Assembly (NCBI GenBank): GCA_017499595.2
Contig: CM039000.1
Location: 3,968,001 to 4,032,000, forward strand
Length of the DNA: 64,000 bases
DNA from: Psilocybe cubensis
Taxonomy: Eukaryota
Direction: 5' to 3'
The position numbers and the translations under genes are program-made. A model generated the notes under the pieces. That model worked only from the letters and a program-made list of their open reading frames with translations. It ran no database searches and was not told where the DNA came from. Shown piece after piece: positions 24,249 to 37,406 of this stretch (within the stretch, counting starts at the first letter, position 1; every line of letters begins with the position of its first letter).

Positions 24249-27206
24249 ATGGACCCCGAGCACCAACACCCCAACGCGGAACTCCTACAAAGCGCGACGA
24301 AAGGGTTCGATTATCTGTTCTCAAACGACATCGTTTCAGCAAGACAACATTTCGAGCGTCGCGATGACCCGTTCCATCTGATGGGATTGGGAGTGTGTGC
24401 ATTTCTAGAGGCAGCGCTTGGGATGGAGGTATGTATTTCTATCATACGTATGTTAGAATATGTTTTCTGAGTCCAGTTTACAGACAGGCTTAATGACTGA
24501 AGCGTCAAGATGCCTCTCTCTGTCAGAAGCAGGAGCTCGGAAACAGATGCGCGTCCCCAAACCTCGAGATATGTCCTATGAAAGCAAGTTTTCGTATGGT
24601 TTGGAATGGGAGATCTTGAATGCAGACGCGATTGTGTTACTTGGGTTGACTCACGCATTGAGGTGTGTTTTCATCTGGAATGAGGGGATGGGTTCCGTAT
24701 TCATTCACCGTCAGCGAGTCGTATATGGGTTATCTTCAATGCATGTGAGTACTCGCTACTTTCAATTGAGTACGTACTCAAATTGTCCCAGGTATTCATT
24801 GAATAGGTGAGAACATATCGAAATTACCTACTCGCACCCTGACAACATCGAAGCGCCCATTCTAAATTTACCAAGTGAGTAGTTCTAATAGCTATGGGTG
24901 CATTCGATCCAAACGATTTCGCAGACTGTACAAGACCGTGTTTCCTGTTGGACTACCTCACATCCCATCTTCCCGAGGGGACATCTCCATTTCACCATCC
25001 CTACCCGCCGTGCTCAAACATAAGCCATCCATGGCGTCGCTCGCGTCGGAGTCGTCGACGACTTCTGCCAGCAGTGCAGCGACGATTCCTACACCGGCGC
25101 CCGCAATAAAGTCCAGTTTCTTTTCCAAGTGGGTCGGGGCGTCATCCACACAGTCGTTACCCATTACGTCAGGCACCGGACACACCGTTCCCGACGGCCC
25201 AGTGGAGGATTTGATCATCGCGGGGACTGCATTTGGGTTTGGGCTGTTCAATCTCGTGTTTTCTCTCTTGCCGAAGAAGATCCAAGGCGTTGTCGGATTT
25301 TTGGGGTTCAAACACGATCGCAAGTTAGCGTTACAGGCGTTATCGTTGGCCGCCTCAAAGTATGACGTGCATGGCGTATTTGCTGGGTACGTTTACATTC
25401 TATATCGACTCCTGTCTACTCATGTCGCACAGGCTAGTATTGATGACTTATCATGGGGCCGTTCTTTTGTTCTCGGGATACCAAGCAAACGAAAATAAAA
25501 TTTTGGCGGAGTACAAAGATATAGTTGACAGGTTCACACAACCCCATTCGTGGAATACTCGTATTATAACTCACCTCACCGTTTCAGGATCGAGTCTCGA
25601 TACCCAGAAGGTGCTTTATGGGTTCTCAATCGTGTGAGTGGGATTTTCCAGCCGAAACCAACCGCTGTTGAACAATAGCGAAAGGCCAAAATCTTGCGTA
25701 TGTCATACGATCCACAAAGTGCGATCAAGGTATTGCAGGATGGGCTCAAACCGGACCGGACACATTCATTTGTACAAGCAGATATGCTGGTGAGTTTAAC
25801 GCTCTTCGAATTTTCAACTCTAAAACTTGCGCACATGGAAGTTAATTTTTGAGCTCGCTTGGACGTTGCTTGGACAAAGAAGATATCAAGAAGCTAGTGA
25901 CGCGTTCATGAAAATTACCGAGCTCAATTCATGGTTGGAAAAATCGAGTTCTCTCGTATGTAATAAGTATTTACTGACATACATTGCAGGAGTCATGGAA
26001 CATACTATTTTATCGCGGCTGGTGAGTTTTCGCTCCACCCCCTATTTCAGCCAGCCTAATTGATGCCCATTGTAGGATGCCAGCTCGCTTTGGGAAACAA
26101 GGAAAAGGCCCAGTCCATGCTCGACGCCATTCTTGATCTCATTGAGAAAAAGAAAATTAGCGGCAAGGACCTCCCCACAGAAGTATTCATCAAGAAGAAG
26201 TGTAAATTCTCCGTGACGGATTTTTTCCTTGCTTCAGCGACTGATTGTTTGCCTTCATGTCCCTCATAGTGGCCTTCTACAAAGAAAAGCAAGCGCGCAG
26301 AGGTGGTGCGCCAGAGCACTATGTTGATTCTGTAAAAATTAATCCAGCCGAAGGTTAGCTCCCGTCTTAGATTATATTGCTACCCACTAATCCTTCATCT
26401 GTCTAGAAATTGGAATCTGTGAGTTTGTATAGTACGTTCCATGTTTGATTTGATCTCATGGAGATTTTGTTATAGTCTGGAATAACCACTCCCGCGTTGG
26501 AGAATCTATTGCTCGGGCTCACATCAACGCCTTGAAAGAACTTTCCCCACATGTTCATATAAGCAAAATAACCCTGGAAGCGTCATCACCTACCACTAAC
26601 TCCCTTCGCACACCAAGATCTGCACAGTCCTCAGGGTCAAAGGTGTCTCTTGTATCTCCCGCAGACGTGGATCTCGATACGTCAGACGAACTTGCTATTC
26701 GTGCGCTCATGCTTGGGATCAACTATCGGACGATTAAGGAGTTTGAAATCTCTCGTGGATTCCTTAACGAAGCTTATGGCTACCAAAATTCCATAAAAGT
26801 AAGCACATGGGTGGGAGGCGTAGCTGCCTTTGAGCTCGCCGTGCTCGATCTGAAGGAGGCAGAGGACCGGGATAGCGCCAGCCCCGTGGTATCGTCAAGT
26901 GAACCGCCGACACCTGCCAGTGGGAATGGGGATGTACCTGCTGTTGTTGCTGACGCCGGTGCTGTAGCTGAGAAGATTGACAATCTTCGTCTGGACTCTT
27001 CTGCCGAAGGTCGCCCAAGTGTCCTTTCACCGGAAGCTAGGAAGAAGATGTGGATAGAGACGTTGAAGAGCGCTAGCACGAAGCTTGACCTTGCTTTAAA
27101 TCTTGCTGGGAGTTCGATTGATCTTTCATCGCGTTTAGACAGTCGTATTGCGATGCTACGAGACGAAATTGCGGCGAAGACCGCTATCATAGGCGTTAGC
27201 ATATGA
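24249..27206 (+). CDS. IML2: Iml2/TTC39-family TPR protein, multi-exon
   Basis: [80 protein letters not shown]. Confidence 0.85.
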
Positions 27207-27415
27207 CGTTCGGGATACGCATAAGACTTATATCGGTTATAATGTGCTTGCTTGACTAATGTGCCTGATGCTAGATGCGATTAATTGTAACCCCCATTGG
27301 ACCTGGATAGTTCAACGTATCATACAGTAGGTATCTGGAGATACCAAGTGATTGATTCATGATGTATTCGTAGCTAAAAAACATTACATATCTAAGAATC
27401 GTTAATGACTTCATC

Positions 27416-30002
27416 CTAAGTCTGGACTGGAGATCTGCAACCAAATGACGTTGCGGCACCCGCCTGCGCGAAAGTGGCCTTGATTGCTTTACCTGCACCC
27501 CACATACCCAAACAAGCCATGGCCAGCCCCCCTAATGCAATGATTAAGTTAAACAACTTGAACAGGACATGTCCACTGAACAAGCCCTATAAAGTAAACA
27601 ATTAGTTATTTCTGGTGCTCGGTGCATATATGTACTACCAGAACTTACTCGTTTCCAGCGGGACCAGTCTTTCCAGGTGTCCTTCCTTCCTGCGGCACCA
27701 TTGCCGGGAACGAAAGCTTTATCCTCGACCATAGCGTCGGTGATCACGTCGTACCCAAGACGGAGAAGTGGTGGGAAACTGTATGTAAATTGCATAATAG
27801 CGATGGCGGCAATTAGACCTGTAATAGTCTGCACTTGGGGAATGGCAGATCCGACGATGAAGGCTGGAACGAAAATATGCAGTTAGTTCGAAGGCATATA
27901 TCTGTAGATTGCAAATTGATCCTACCCAGAACCCAGTAGATGCAGACCAAGACTAGTGTGCTTCATTTTAGCATCATTTCCAACAGTATATAATTAAACT
28001 GGCGACTCACTCGTCCAGATTACACGACCTTTGGGGGTCATAAGTCTAGGTCCTTTGAACCAATCCTCAATAATATTGATATATACAACCTCTGTACGGC
28101 ACTTCAGTGCCTAACTTGCTAGAAGAGAGGGGGGACACATACTGATACCAATATTTCCGTACAATCCAGCTGCGATAATGCCACTTATGAGAGCCAACAC
28201 ATTTCCTGCCAACGAGGGTTGAATTCTGGATTCTCAAAGAAAATAGTATAAGTTTATATACCCAATGTCTGCCAAGAGTGCTTGCTGACTCCTTGGAATG
28301 CCAGAGGGAGAGAGAACTGTCCTTGGAAAGCCTATGATCGTAATGGGGGTATGTTAGCGTAACGTTCGAGAGTGAAGTTGAGTTGGAGACATAGGCTCAC
28401 GTATACGTATGCTCCATACATGACATAAGCGACAAAAATCAAAGACTGGGCTAAAACCATTCCTTTCCAGAAGTCCATTGGACGGCGCATCTCAGCCATC
28501 TGTGTTCGTAATTAATTGAGCCTTTGACGTTCGTATAAGCAACCACAACAATTACCATTTCGGGGAAAATCATAGCTCCTCCATAGGCAAAAACCTTTAT
28601 AATATAAAGACTTAGTTATTAGTAAATATGGGGTACGTTATTTGATGACTTGCCATGTTCATGATACCATTGACCTGACGTGAGTATGTTAGTCATACAC
28701 TAGCAAAGAGGCAGCGATGAACCCTTGCTAACCTTGTCGAATAATGGAATTGATGTGAACTTGGCAGTTTGAACGGGCAGTGTTGGATCAACACCCAATG
28801 ACGTAGCGGCAGCCCCAACGTTGGGGGGACTGTGAGCCACGAAACCCATAGAAGTAAAAATGATAAGCAAATTGATCCTAAAAAAGGAGTACAATTTGTG
28901 TAAATTATTTAACAGATCACTAGGTATTCTGTTTTGACTCACCAAACGGCACTGTTAGCTAGCCATCCGTAGTTCTGAAATAAAATAATATAAGTGGCCT
29001 TTTACAAAGTCAGGGGATTCAATTCACCTTCAGAGTACGAATTTGGCCAATAACTATTCCGACAATAATCCATATGACGATGCACACGGAAAAACATAGC
29101 TGTTGTAATAAACAAACTTAGTTGTCTGACAACAGCAACGTTGCAAAAAGGACGGACCACATACCTTAAAATTAGCTACTTGGGACAGTGCTTGACCGTT
29201 AGAAAGACAAATGGTAGCAACCTATTGTGCGAAATGTGCATGGGTTACTGATGATCGAGAACGAGATATCTTAAACACAGCACATACGTTGACTAGAAGT
29301 TGAACACTTTGCAAAACATTACAAATATGACGAGCCGTTCTTCCGAAAATACGCTCGGCGATGTCCGCATATGTCTTCAGAGGATACCGAACGGAGTCGA
29401 GACGCACGAACAGCCTCCAGAGAATCAGACCAGTGTAGAGGGCCATAGCTCCCACTTCGCGAACGCAAGTCAGAATACCCATCACGATTGTCTAATTTTA
29501 GTTGTTTACGTACTAACGAAGTAGAGGATCAGACCTGAGTTATACCTGTTAGATTGATAATATGATGAGATAAAGGAACCGTGGACGCACCTGGGACCCA
29601 ACCCACTTGGGATATGGCGAAAGGCGCGTTGAATGGTCCAAGAATGTCGGTAGTAATCAAGTAAAAGATCGACAGCCACGATGCCAAACGCAGCGCACGA
29701 GAAGCCCTAGCAGTCTCCTCTTGCTCCGGGGTCATGGGGGGCGGCGAAGCAGAGGAGACATCTACATTGACATTCCTGCCTTTGTAGTCGGACAGTTTGT
29801 AGAACCATCCTTTCTCTCCTTCAGATCTCGATGGCCGGTCGCCTTCTTCCTCCAATCTCTGTATGGCGGCGTAGTAGAGATATTCCTCGAACACCACGTC
29901 CTTCGATGAAGAGGATCGCGTGGATACTGAATCACGCTCTCCCTTTTCATTGGGATGGGTGATAAGTTCGGTCATCGCGACATTGGCAGGAGATGCCGCC
30001 AT
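27416..30002 (-). CDS. Amino-acid/auxin permease (Aa_trans, Mtr-like neutral amino acid transporter), multi-exon
   Basis: ARASRALRLASWLSIFYLITTDILGPFNAPFAISQVGWVPG, YPLKTYADIAERIFG, AYGGAMIFPE, AEMRRPMDFWKG, C-terminal ATSFGCRSPVQT. Confidence 0.88.
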
Positions 30003-30729
30003 GGTTGCACCTGAAGGAAGGATGTGAGAAAAAGGTATAGCTCGGCGGAGCACGACTTTATACGAGGGGCATACACCTAATAGAATGTATTCTTACTGCT
30101 AGGCATGTGGAAAGATGTTGCTATGAATAGCATAGTTTATTCTTACATACCCCCAAACCCACATCCGTGATTTTTTGATGATGGAGCCCCTGATGTCTAT
30201 CTTTCCTAGCTCTACCTCTCACGTATTGGAACCTTTTTCCATAAGTAGATAAGGAAAAACGCAAACCCTCAGCAACGACGCCCCCGACGTCAAAGGAAAA
30301 TGAGTGGATCAAGTTACATTATTCAAATTCGAAAAATCATTCTATTTATAGTTCTCGTAAAATCATTGCAAAAGTGATTTCAGTCATACTAACTGCGCAA
30401 TCTCATGGACAACTATAGATTGCTTGTTCAACATCAATGCATTCGGCGAAGGGATTCAGTTTCAAATTAAGGAGCACTATTTATACATTTGTGCCATATT
30501 GTATCAAGAAGAAGCTGTATCCGGGTCCAAAATCGTGGAAAAAATACCTTGGAACAATCTAGAAATAAGCGTGTGTCTAAGAAAGTAAGTTTATGTATCT
30601 CTATAAGTGTCTGGCTCCTGAATATGTAATTAATAGGCGTCTAATTGCGAAGGAGTGATATCTTCTAATAAAGACCAGCTTTCCGCACAAATACGAAACT
30701 TTGAAGCAACTCCTCATGTCACTGGTACC

Positions 30730-32409
30730 TCACTCAGGGCGCCATATATCTATTGACATCTTCTTCCGGAGAGAGACTAGACAGGGCTCTCGTCGTAACT
30801 TTGTGTCTACCACCGCAAAGCCTGTTTGATTGTCACCGGAGAAAGCAAGCTGGCCCAGGAAGCACCAACGCAGAGACAGGAAAGCCTGGGAGTATTGATT
30901 GGCAAACGTTAGCATACAATCTGCATGCCACCGTTCCCAGGCCTGTTCTCGCATCTGTGCCTGTTGTGATATGCCTGTCTCGTAGTCGACGTTGTGCCCT
31001 TCATAAAGTAAATTTTCAGGCGATGTCAGATATGCGGCGATATCAACGCCAACGGGTAATGCTTTGCTTGCGTAGTAGTCGATGCGTGGGGAGAGAACGT
31101 GAGGATTCGGCGTGATATAGGTGTCTTGAGAAAATGCAAGGGTTTCAATACCGGTGAGCGGTTTGAGATATTTTAAGATATCGTGGTGGCGAATTACCCA
31201 TGTGCTCCGGAAGCCTTGGTTACCGGCCGATAGCCAAAGTTGTTTGAGGGTGGTTATGGAGGAAATGGTTTGTAACGATTGTTGAGATATGTCTATATCG
31301 TCAAACACGAGCCTGAGAGAGGTAAGGGCGCCAAAATATTGATTTAGAATGGGGAGAAGTCGTAGGTCCATATCCGTGGGAGGGATAGGATGGGCTATAT
31401 GGACAGTTTCCAAATGATCGTTGTGTTCAAGGAAGGTTAGGAGGTCCTGATAGAGGCAGTCACTCCATGCATCGTGAATGGCTGAAAAATGTTGGAGTGT
31501 AGGAAGGCTTCCACACGTGCGCAGAAACGCTCTATTGGCAGGGCTGGCGGTATCGACCGACAAGGAGTCAATACATGTTTTATTCCCGAAAAGGTGATAC
31601 AGTGCGTCTTCGCTATGAAGGAGGACAGAGTCCAACACCAAAGACCTTAGTCTGGGGAAGGAGGGTAAATGTCTCGTAAAGGTGTCGTTATAGCGTGTCT
31701 GACGCCCCTTCCATATTAACTGTCGTAGGTGTGGTGAAAATGCACGGAGGAGATGTTCGGTAAGCAACACGTTTCCTTGGCTGCTGTCACCGTCGGACCA
31801 GTCAATATCCAAACTCAGAGTTTCGAGGGGGCATGGTGTCGAAATAAGCGGGAGAGTCGTTGATAATGACTTCACCACAGCCCCGCGTATACGCAGATGT
31901 TGGACAGAGCTAGTACGCATGCATTCTAAGATTGTGTCGGCGGTAAAAGAGGGGCCATCCCAATTCAGAATAGAAAGATTAGGAAGGAACAGGGAGGTGC
32001 CTGTGTGACACGGAGGGCGTCCTAGGCTCGGTACTGCGCTATCTTTTCCCCAAGGCGGTGGAATGACATTCAGCCTGCGCACACATTGTCCATGGCTGAA
32101 TGCATAAGCTCCAGGAGCTTGTATACGAGCTTCTATTTGCAATGTCCTGTACTGGCTCAGTGCGGCGAGTTTGTAGCAGTCTCGGTCGACTAATGCAAGC
32201 GCCTTGAGGTCTTTTATCGACAGGTATTTAGTGACGTGACCAAATAACTCGACAGGCAACTTGAATAGGGGGAACGCAGACGAGGCGATATGTCCTTGGT
32301 GAACGCGATCAAATGTAAGGGGAACAGTGTCAAACATTTGTCGGTATTTCGAGTCTGTTGCGAAATGTGGGACTGTCGAATCGAAGAAAAATGCGGGATG
32401 TGTGCTCAT
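30730..32409 (-). CDS. F-box protein with LRR-like repeats (559 aa), intronless
   Basis: LFKLPVELFGHVTKYLSIKDLKALALVDRDCYKLA (F-box), followed by LxxLxL repeats (LETLSLDI, LRSLVLDS, LTSLRLVF, LKQLWLS). Confidence 0.85.
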   Translation of the reverse strand: MSTHPAFFFDSTVPHFATDSKYRQMFDTVPLTFDRVHQGHIASSAFPLFKLPVELFGHVTKYLSIKDLKALALVDRDCYKLAALSQYRTLQIEARIQAPGAYAFSHGQCVRRLNVIPPPWGKDSAVPSLGRPPCHTGTSLFLPNLSILNWDGPSFTADTILECMRTSSVQHLRIRGAVVKSLSTTLPLISTPCPLETLSLDIDWSDGDSSQGNVLLTEHLLRAFSPHLRQLIWKGRQTRYNDTFTRHLPSFPRLRSLVLDSVLLHSEDALYHLFGNKTCIDSLSVDTASPANRAFLRTCGSLPTLQHFSAIHDAWSDCLYQDLLTFLEHNDHLETVHIAHPIPPTDMDLRLLPILNQYFGALTSLRLVFDDIDISQQSLQTISSITTLKQLWLSAGNQGFRSTWVIRHHDILKYLKPLTGIETLAFSQDTYITPNPHVLSPRIDYYASKALPVGVDIAAYLTSPENLLYEGHNVDYETGISQQAQMREQAWERWHADCMLTFANQYSQAFLSLRWCFLGQLAFSGDNQTGFAVVDTKLRREPCLVSLRKKMSIDIWRPE

Positions 32410-33378
32410 GGCGGAAGCGATCGAGGAAAAGTAAATTCGGATGCATCGTTTTTAAACTTTGGGCCGTTTAGGGTTGTCTACGATTTGGAAAAAATCATTG
32501 TTCGAATTGGCCTCGTGGGCGCCACCGTTTACGACAAGGAGAGTGTTGCGTCAAACTGAGGACGCCAGACGAGACACGAGACATTTTACAGGTAGAAAAA
32601 CAATGTCGCACCTTCAATCCAGACTACCCTGGGCATCGATCAAGGCTGCTTGAATCATAATCCACGTTGAATATGCTCTTCATAGGTTTTCGTCAAGGGA
32701 CTGATTTATTGCACGGTAGACTAAAATGATACTACGTACCAATTGTCTTTCGGGACTCTAGAATGCCGCCATTTATCCCCAGGGTCCAAAGCAGAGATGA
32801 CACGAGGTATAATGACAGCTATGCAGACGCGATATTGGCTCTCATTTAATGGCGGTATGAAATATTTCCAAATTATGTGAATACAACCGACACCAACTGT
32901 TCAGAGTAGTCTATAAAAATTGGATCAAGTCGACGCGAAAAAGTAAAAGAAAAAGAATGGTGTGATTACTATGGGGTTGTTCGGTTTGGACGTTGATTCG
33001 GTTTCTCAAGATCCCGTGCTCCGTTCGTCCTAAAACTTGGTGAGGCAACATCACACCGATGTGTGTGAGAAATGATTGTTTGATGGCCTAACCGACGGCC
33101 GATAACTTGCAAACAAGATAACGAGGCTTCACCGACTCCGGAGCGTGAAACGAGGCGTCTGCTGAGATGGGGCGGAGGAAGGCTTCTCGATAACTAAAAA
33201 GAATAGAAATGTTGCTCCGAGTTACTTGTTCTTCAGCGCTCCGCCATTATATAACACCCCTTCTAAAATATTTAGCTACCGGTAAAAACATTGGTTGTAT
33301 TGCCGAAAACCCGAATAGCGGAGGAAAGATCGACAAGACGAAAATTTAGGGGCTTCTTTCAAAGCTTCACACATTACC

Positions 33379-34570
33379 ATGATGGAAACACCCCGTTCAT
33401 ATACGATCGCTGTCCTTCCTGGAGATGGAATAGGCACTGAAGTCATGCCTCCAGCTCTACGGTGCTTAGAATCGGCTGCAAAAGTGTTTGGGTTCAAGTT
33501 GATATTTCAACACTATACATGGGCATCGTGCACCTACTATCTTCAGCACGGAAAAATGCTTCCAGACGATTGGAAAGAGCTGTTACAGGCATGCGATGCT
33601 ATATATTTTGGAGCAGGTATGCAGTACGAGTTTTCGATCGTTGTTGAGATGATATGACCATGCAATAGTCGGTGACCCTTCTACGGTGCCAGACCACATT
33701 TCATTGTGGGGAAGCTTGCTTTTGTTCAGACGGGAATTTGACCAGTATATCAACCTGAGACCATGTCGTCTTATTCCTGGAGTAAAATCCCCCTTAGCTA
33801 ATCGAGACAATAAGCCTATTGACTTTGTCACCGTTCGGGAGAACACCGAGGGCGAGTACAGCTCTATTGGAGGAAGGATCTTCGAGGGTACCGACCGTGA
33901 GACCGTCATCCAAAACACGGTGTTTACCAGGACCGGTGTGGACCGAGTCGTACGATACGCTTTTGAACTGGCACGCAGTAGGCCTGCTAAAAAGCTTACC
34001 TCTGCAACAAAATCAAATGGGATATCGATCACAATGCCTTACTGGGACGAGCGGGTCGAGGCAATAGGAAAGGAATACCCGGATGTTACGGTAGAGAAAT
34101 ATCATATTGACATCCTCTGTGCCCACTTCGTCCAGCGTCCTCATACCTTTGATGTCGTTGTTGGATCCAACCTTTTCGGAGATATTTTATCAGATCTTGG
34201 GCCTGCATGTACTGGAACCATCGGGATCGCACCCTCAGCAAACTTAAACCCCGCAGCCAAACGAGGAGATAAAAATTGGATGCCAAGTTTGTTCGAGCCC
34301 GTGCATGGAAGTGCCCCTGATATCGCAGGAAAAGGAATCGCCAACCCAATTGGCATGATCTGGGCAGGACAAATGATGCTCGAGCACCTCGGAGAGAAGG
34401 ATGCAGCCAATGCGGTAATGAGGGCAATTGAAGTAGTTCTCAGTGGAGCCAAGGAAGCGCAGCTCAGAGGAGAACAAGACGTCCTGACACCGGATATGCA
34501 TGGGAAGGGAACAACTGAAGGACTTGGGAGTGCCATTGAAAGAGAGATTCTCAAGTCAGCAAAGAACTAA
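33379..34570 (+). CDS. Tartrate dehydrogenase/decarboxylase (D-malate dehydrogenase), beta-decarboxylating dehydrogenase family; one intron near 33617-33668
   Basis: IAVLPGDGIGTEV, AIYFGA|VG.P..VPDHISLWGSLLLFRREFDQYINLRP, RENTEGEY, TKSNGISITMPYWD, NLFGDILSDLGPACTGTIGIAPSANLNP, FEPVHGSAPDIAGKGIANP. Confidence 0.92.
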
Positions 34571-34624
34571 ATTCAGTAACTAGCACTCGAAATTCTATTA
34601 ACAAATATGTTCATGCTGAAAATA

Positions 34625-35876
34625 TCATTTTGACTTTTGAACTGGAATGGGTTTCTCTGCCATGGCACAGAGACGGAATATATGTCTAGCAGCGGCACCA
34701 CTATCTTCGCTAACATAGTCGACGACAGCAGTGTCTACAGAAAAATACAAAATTTCGATCAGCTTCCACTCGACAGAATACAGTCCAAGCAGAAAATATT
34801 TACGGAGTGTACTGCGGTTATCAAATAGTACAATTGTTTTAGGCTTCCACTTGACTCTGGCTTGGAAATCATGACCAGTAATGATGTGCTGGAGAAGGAA
34901 GTCGAGGAGAACTTTCGCTTCCGCGTCCTTGAGTCCATGAATTCTTGTGATGAATTCTCCATTTACAAACAAGCATTTTTCACCTGTGACTGGGTGGATA
35001 CGAACAAGAGGGTGGACATTGTCAACAGGATCTTTCCGGACAAGTCCCCCCGCCCGTCGTGTATGAGCGATCATGTTACTCGAGGAGTGAGTGGCAAATA
35101 AACCATCCAAAAATGACCGTAAGACCGGAGAGATAAGCCTAGTTACATGAATGAGAATATATCAAGACAAATGGATTATTAACTTACTTGTATGCTGCCG
35201 CCGTATCCGCAAATACAGTATCACCGCCTACTTCCGGGCCCTGGAGTAAACCAAGCATTACATATCCAGGAGGCTGGCGCTCGTAGCTAACGTCTTGATG
35301 CCATAGCGTCGTTGTTGACTTCCTCTCTAAAAAGTTTGTGATCTCCTCCACATTTCCACTCCGGTGAATAATGTGGAAACCCGGAAATCCAGGTATCGTT
35401 CCCGAAACAGGCTGATAGTTTGGTTTTCCAAAATATTTCATGAATTCTTGTTGGAATGCGGGTCCGTCGTCGATCATATCCTGATCTGGAAATGCAACTA
35501 CCTTTCTTTGCGATATGAGCAATGCTAGCTCGTCTTTTCCGGCATCAGACAGCTTGTTCAGCTGCACCCCGTGGACTATACTACCGAATCCTGGTTGTAT
35601 GTGTGTAATCTGGGCCGACGGCGACAGAAGATTAGGCATAGACGGATTTTTGGCTCTTAGGGCAGGGTCGTGAAATTCGAAAGGCGGTAACGGATCGAAC
35701 CAGATAGGATCCCATGAAGGCATATACTGGGGATAGTTTGTGGTCCTGTTGGTTTCTTCAGTAAGCCCGATGTAAGGGACATTGATATCGTAGACAATGA
35801 AATCGTCTGTTCGAGATTCGTGGCCATCGTTCTCAATGGGTGGTTCGGATTCCGGAGACATATTGTTAGGAGGCAT
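34625..35876 (-). CDS. TauD/TfdA-family Fe(II)/2-oxoglutarate dioxygenase (sulfonate dioxygenase-like), 2 introns
   Basis: WHQDVSYERQPPG (HxD), GGDTVFAD, VHPLVRIHPVTGEKCLFVN, FDNRSTLH (His codon split by an intron), distal R in RHIFR. Confidence 0.92.
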
Positions 35877-36425
35877 AGTACAGCATGAGTGATGGAACAA
35901 CATTGAATTTATACTTTCAATTTTCTTTGCGCAGCTGGCTTGAGGTCAATATACGTGCGGTAATTTCATTATGATTTAGTTCTTCAAGGAGATAATCGTA
36001 TTATCGCTAGGTCGGCAAGCAGGCGTGTACTAACTGGAACCATACCAATATATTACAATCTCCTACCTGTGAATTTTCGCGTCCTGGAGAAGCCAAAAAA
36101 CAGATATCAATTCTGTTTATAGGCATTTGAAACACCGAGCTCTCCACATTTGAGCGCCTATCATTACATCACAGCACAAGAATCGATATCATACCTCAAA
36201 GCGTGACATATCTCACTAATCATCCTACATTACGTGAAGGAAATGGTTGACACGTTGTGTTGAAAAATCATCCTTTTGTTCCTTCATCAGAACCGGGAAC
36301 TTCCAGATGCCAAGCAGAGTAAGTGTCAAGTACCAAGTGTTCATTGTGACTGCTGACAGTATTTCACTATAAGAAATCGCTCTTCTTTGTTGCCAACCAC
36401 CACAGTTCTCATCCTCAATAACAAC

Positions 36426-37406
36426 ATGAGCAGAAAATACAATATTTTTATTATAGGTAAATGGTCATCATTCCAATTACTTCACGACTGAATCAATGAT
36501 TCAGGGGCAAACAGGGGTATAGGTTATGAACTGGCCACGAGGCTTCTTGACAGAGGGCATAAGGTCTACGGAAGCTATCGCCCACAGTCTCGGAGTGACC
36601 CTTCTACTGCAGAGGCAAGTACTTACAATGACTTTGTATGCAATCTCCCTGACAATAGGACAGCTTCAACGACGAGGCGTGCTAACCACTGAAGTAGATT
36701 TTATTGATGAGGCATCGATCAACAACGCCTCAAAGATCTTCGATAACGAGGACGTTGATATTTTGATCAACTCTGCCGGTATTTATTTTTGCTACACTCA
36801 ATTAGTGGGGCTTTCTGAGATTGTCGTTGATTCAAAGGAATATACAATATGTGGGATGATAAGGCCTTTAATGAACTCTCGGCAGACGATATCCTTAATC
36901 ATTTCAAAGTAAACACTCTTGTGAGTCGTATAAATTTTCGATGCTATTCCAACCTTATGCACAAATAAAAAGGGTCCGTTCCTCTCTTCAAAGTATTTCC
37001 TTCCCTACCTCTCTCGGTCTGCTCAGGGAAAGATCATAAACATATCGTCGGATTTTGCAAGCATTGCCGGTATTTATGTTTTCCATCTTTAACATGACAT
37101 GCTAATGTTATATATGTAGATAACATCGGAGGAAATGCCTGCTACAGAATTTCTAAATGCGCCCTCAATCAATTAACAAAAAATATTGCAATGGACTGTC
37201 AGAAAACTGCCCCGAACGTTATAGCACTCGCTATTCATCCTGGATATGTTCCAACAAAGATGACCAATTATGTTGGAGAAGATGATATGGATGTGTGCAT
37301 GAGTTCGTTGGTGAATATCATTGAGACGTTTGGCACTCCCGAGGCATCCCTCAATCTGCCAAATGGAGGATACGTAAGGTGGAATGGTGATATAATGGAC
37401 TATTAG
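36426..37406 (+). CDS. Short-chain dehydrogenase/reductase, CsgA/C-factor-like, multi-exon
   Basis: IIGANRGIG, DILINSAG, KIINISSDFASI, YRISK (YxxxK), AIHPGYVPTKMT. Confidence 0.9.

Noticed and set aside
33000-33330. CGG/CCG triplets as Zn2Cys6 binding sites
   Set aside because: No repeated fixed spacing and no such regulator in the window, so it cannot be distinguished from chance.
34086-34554. Antisense ORFs over the dehydrogenase (and similar ones over other genes)
   Set aside because: Shadow frames of real coding sequence.
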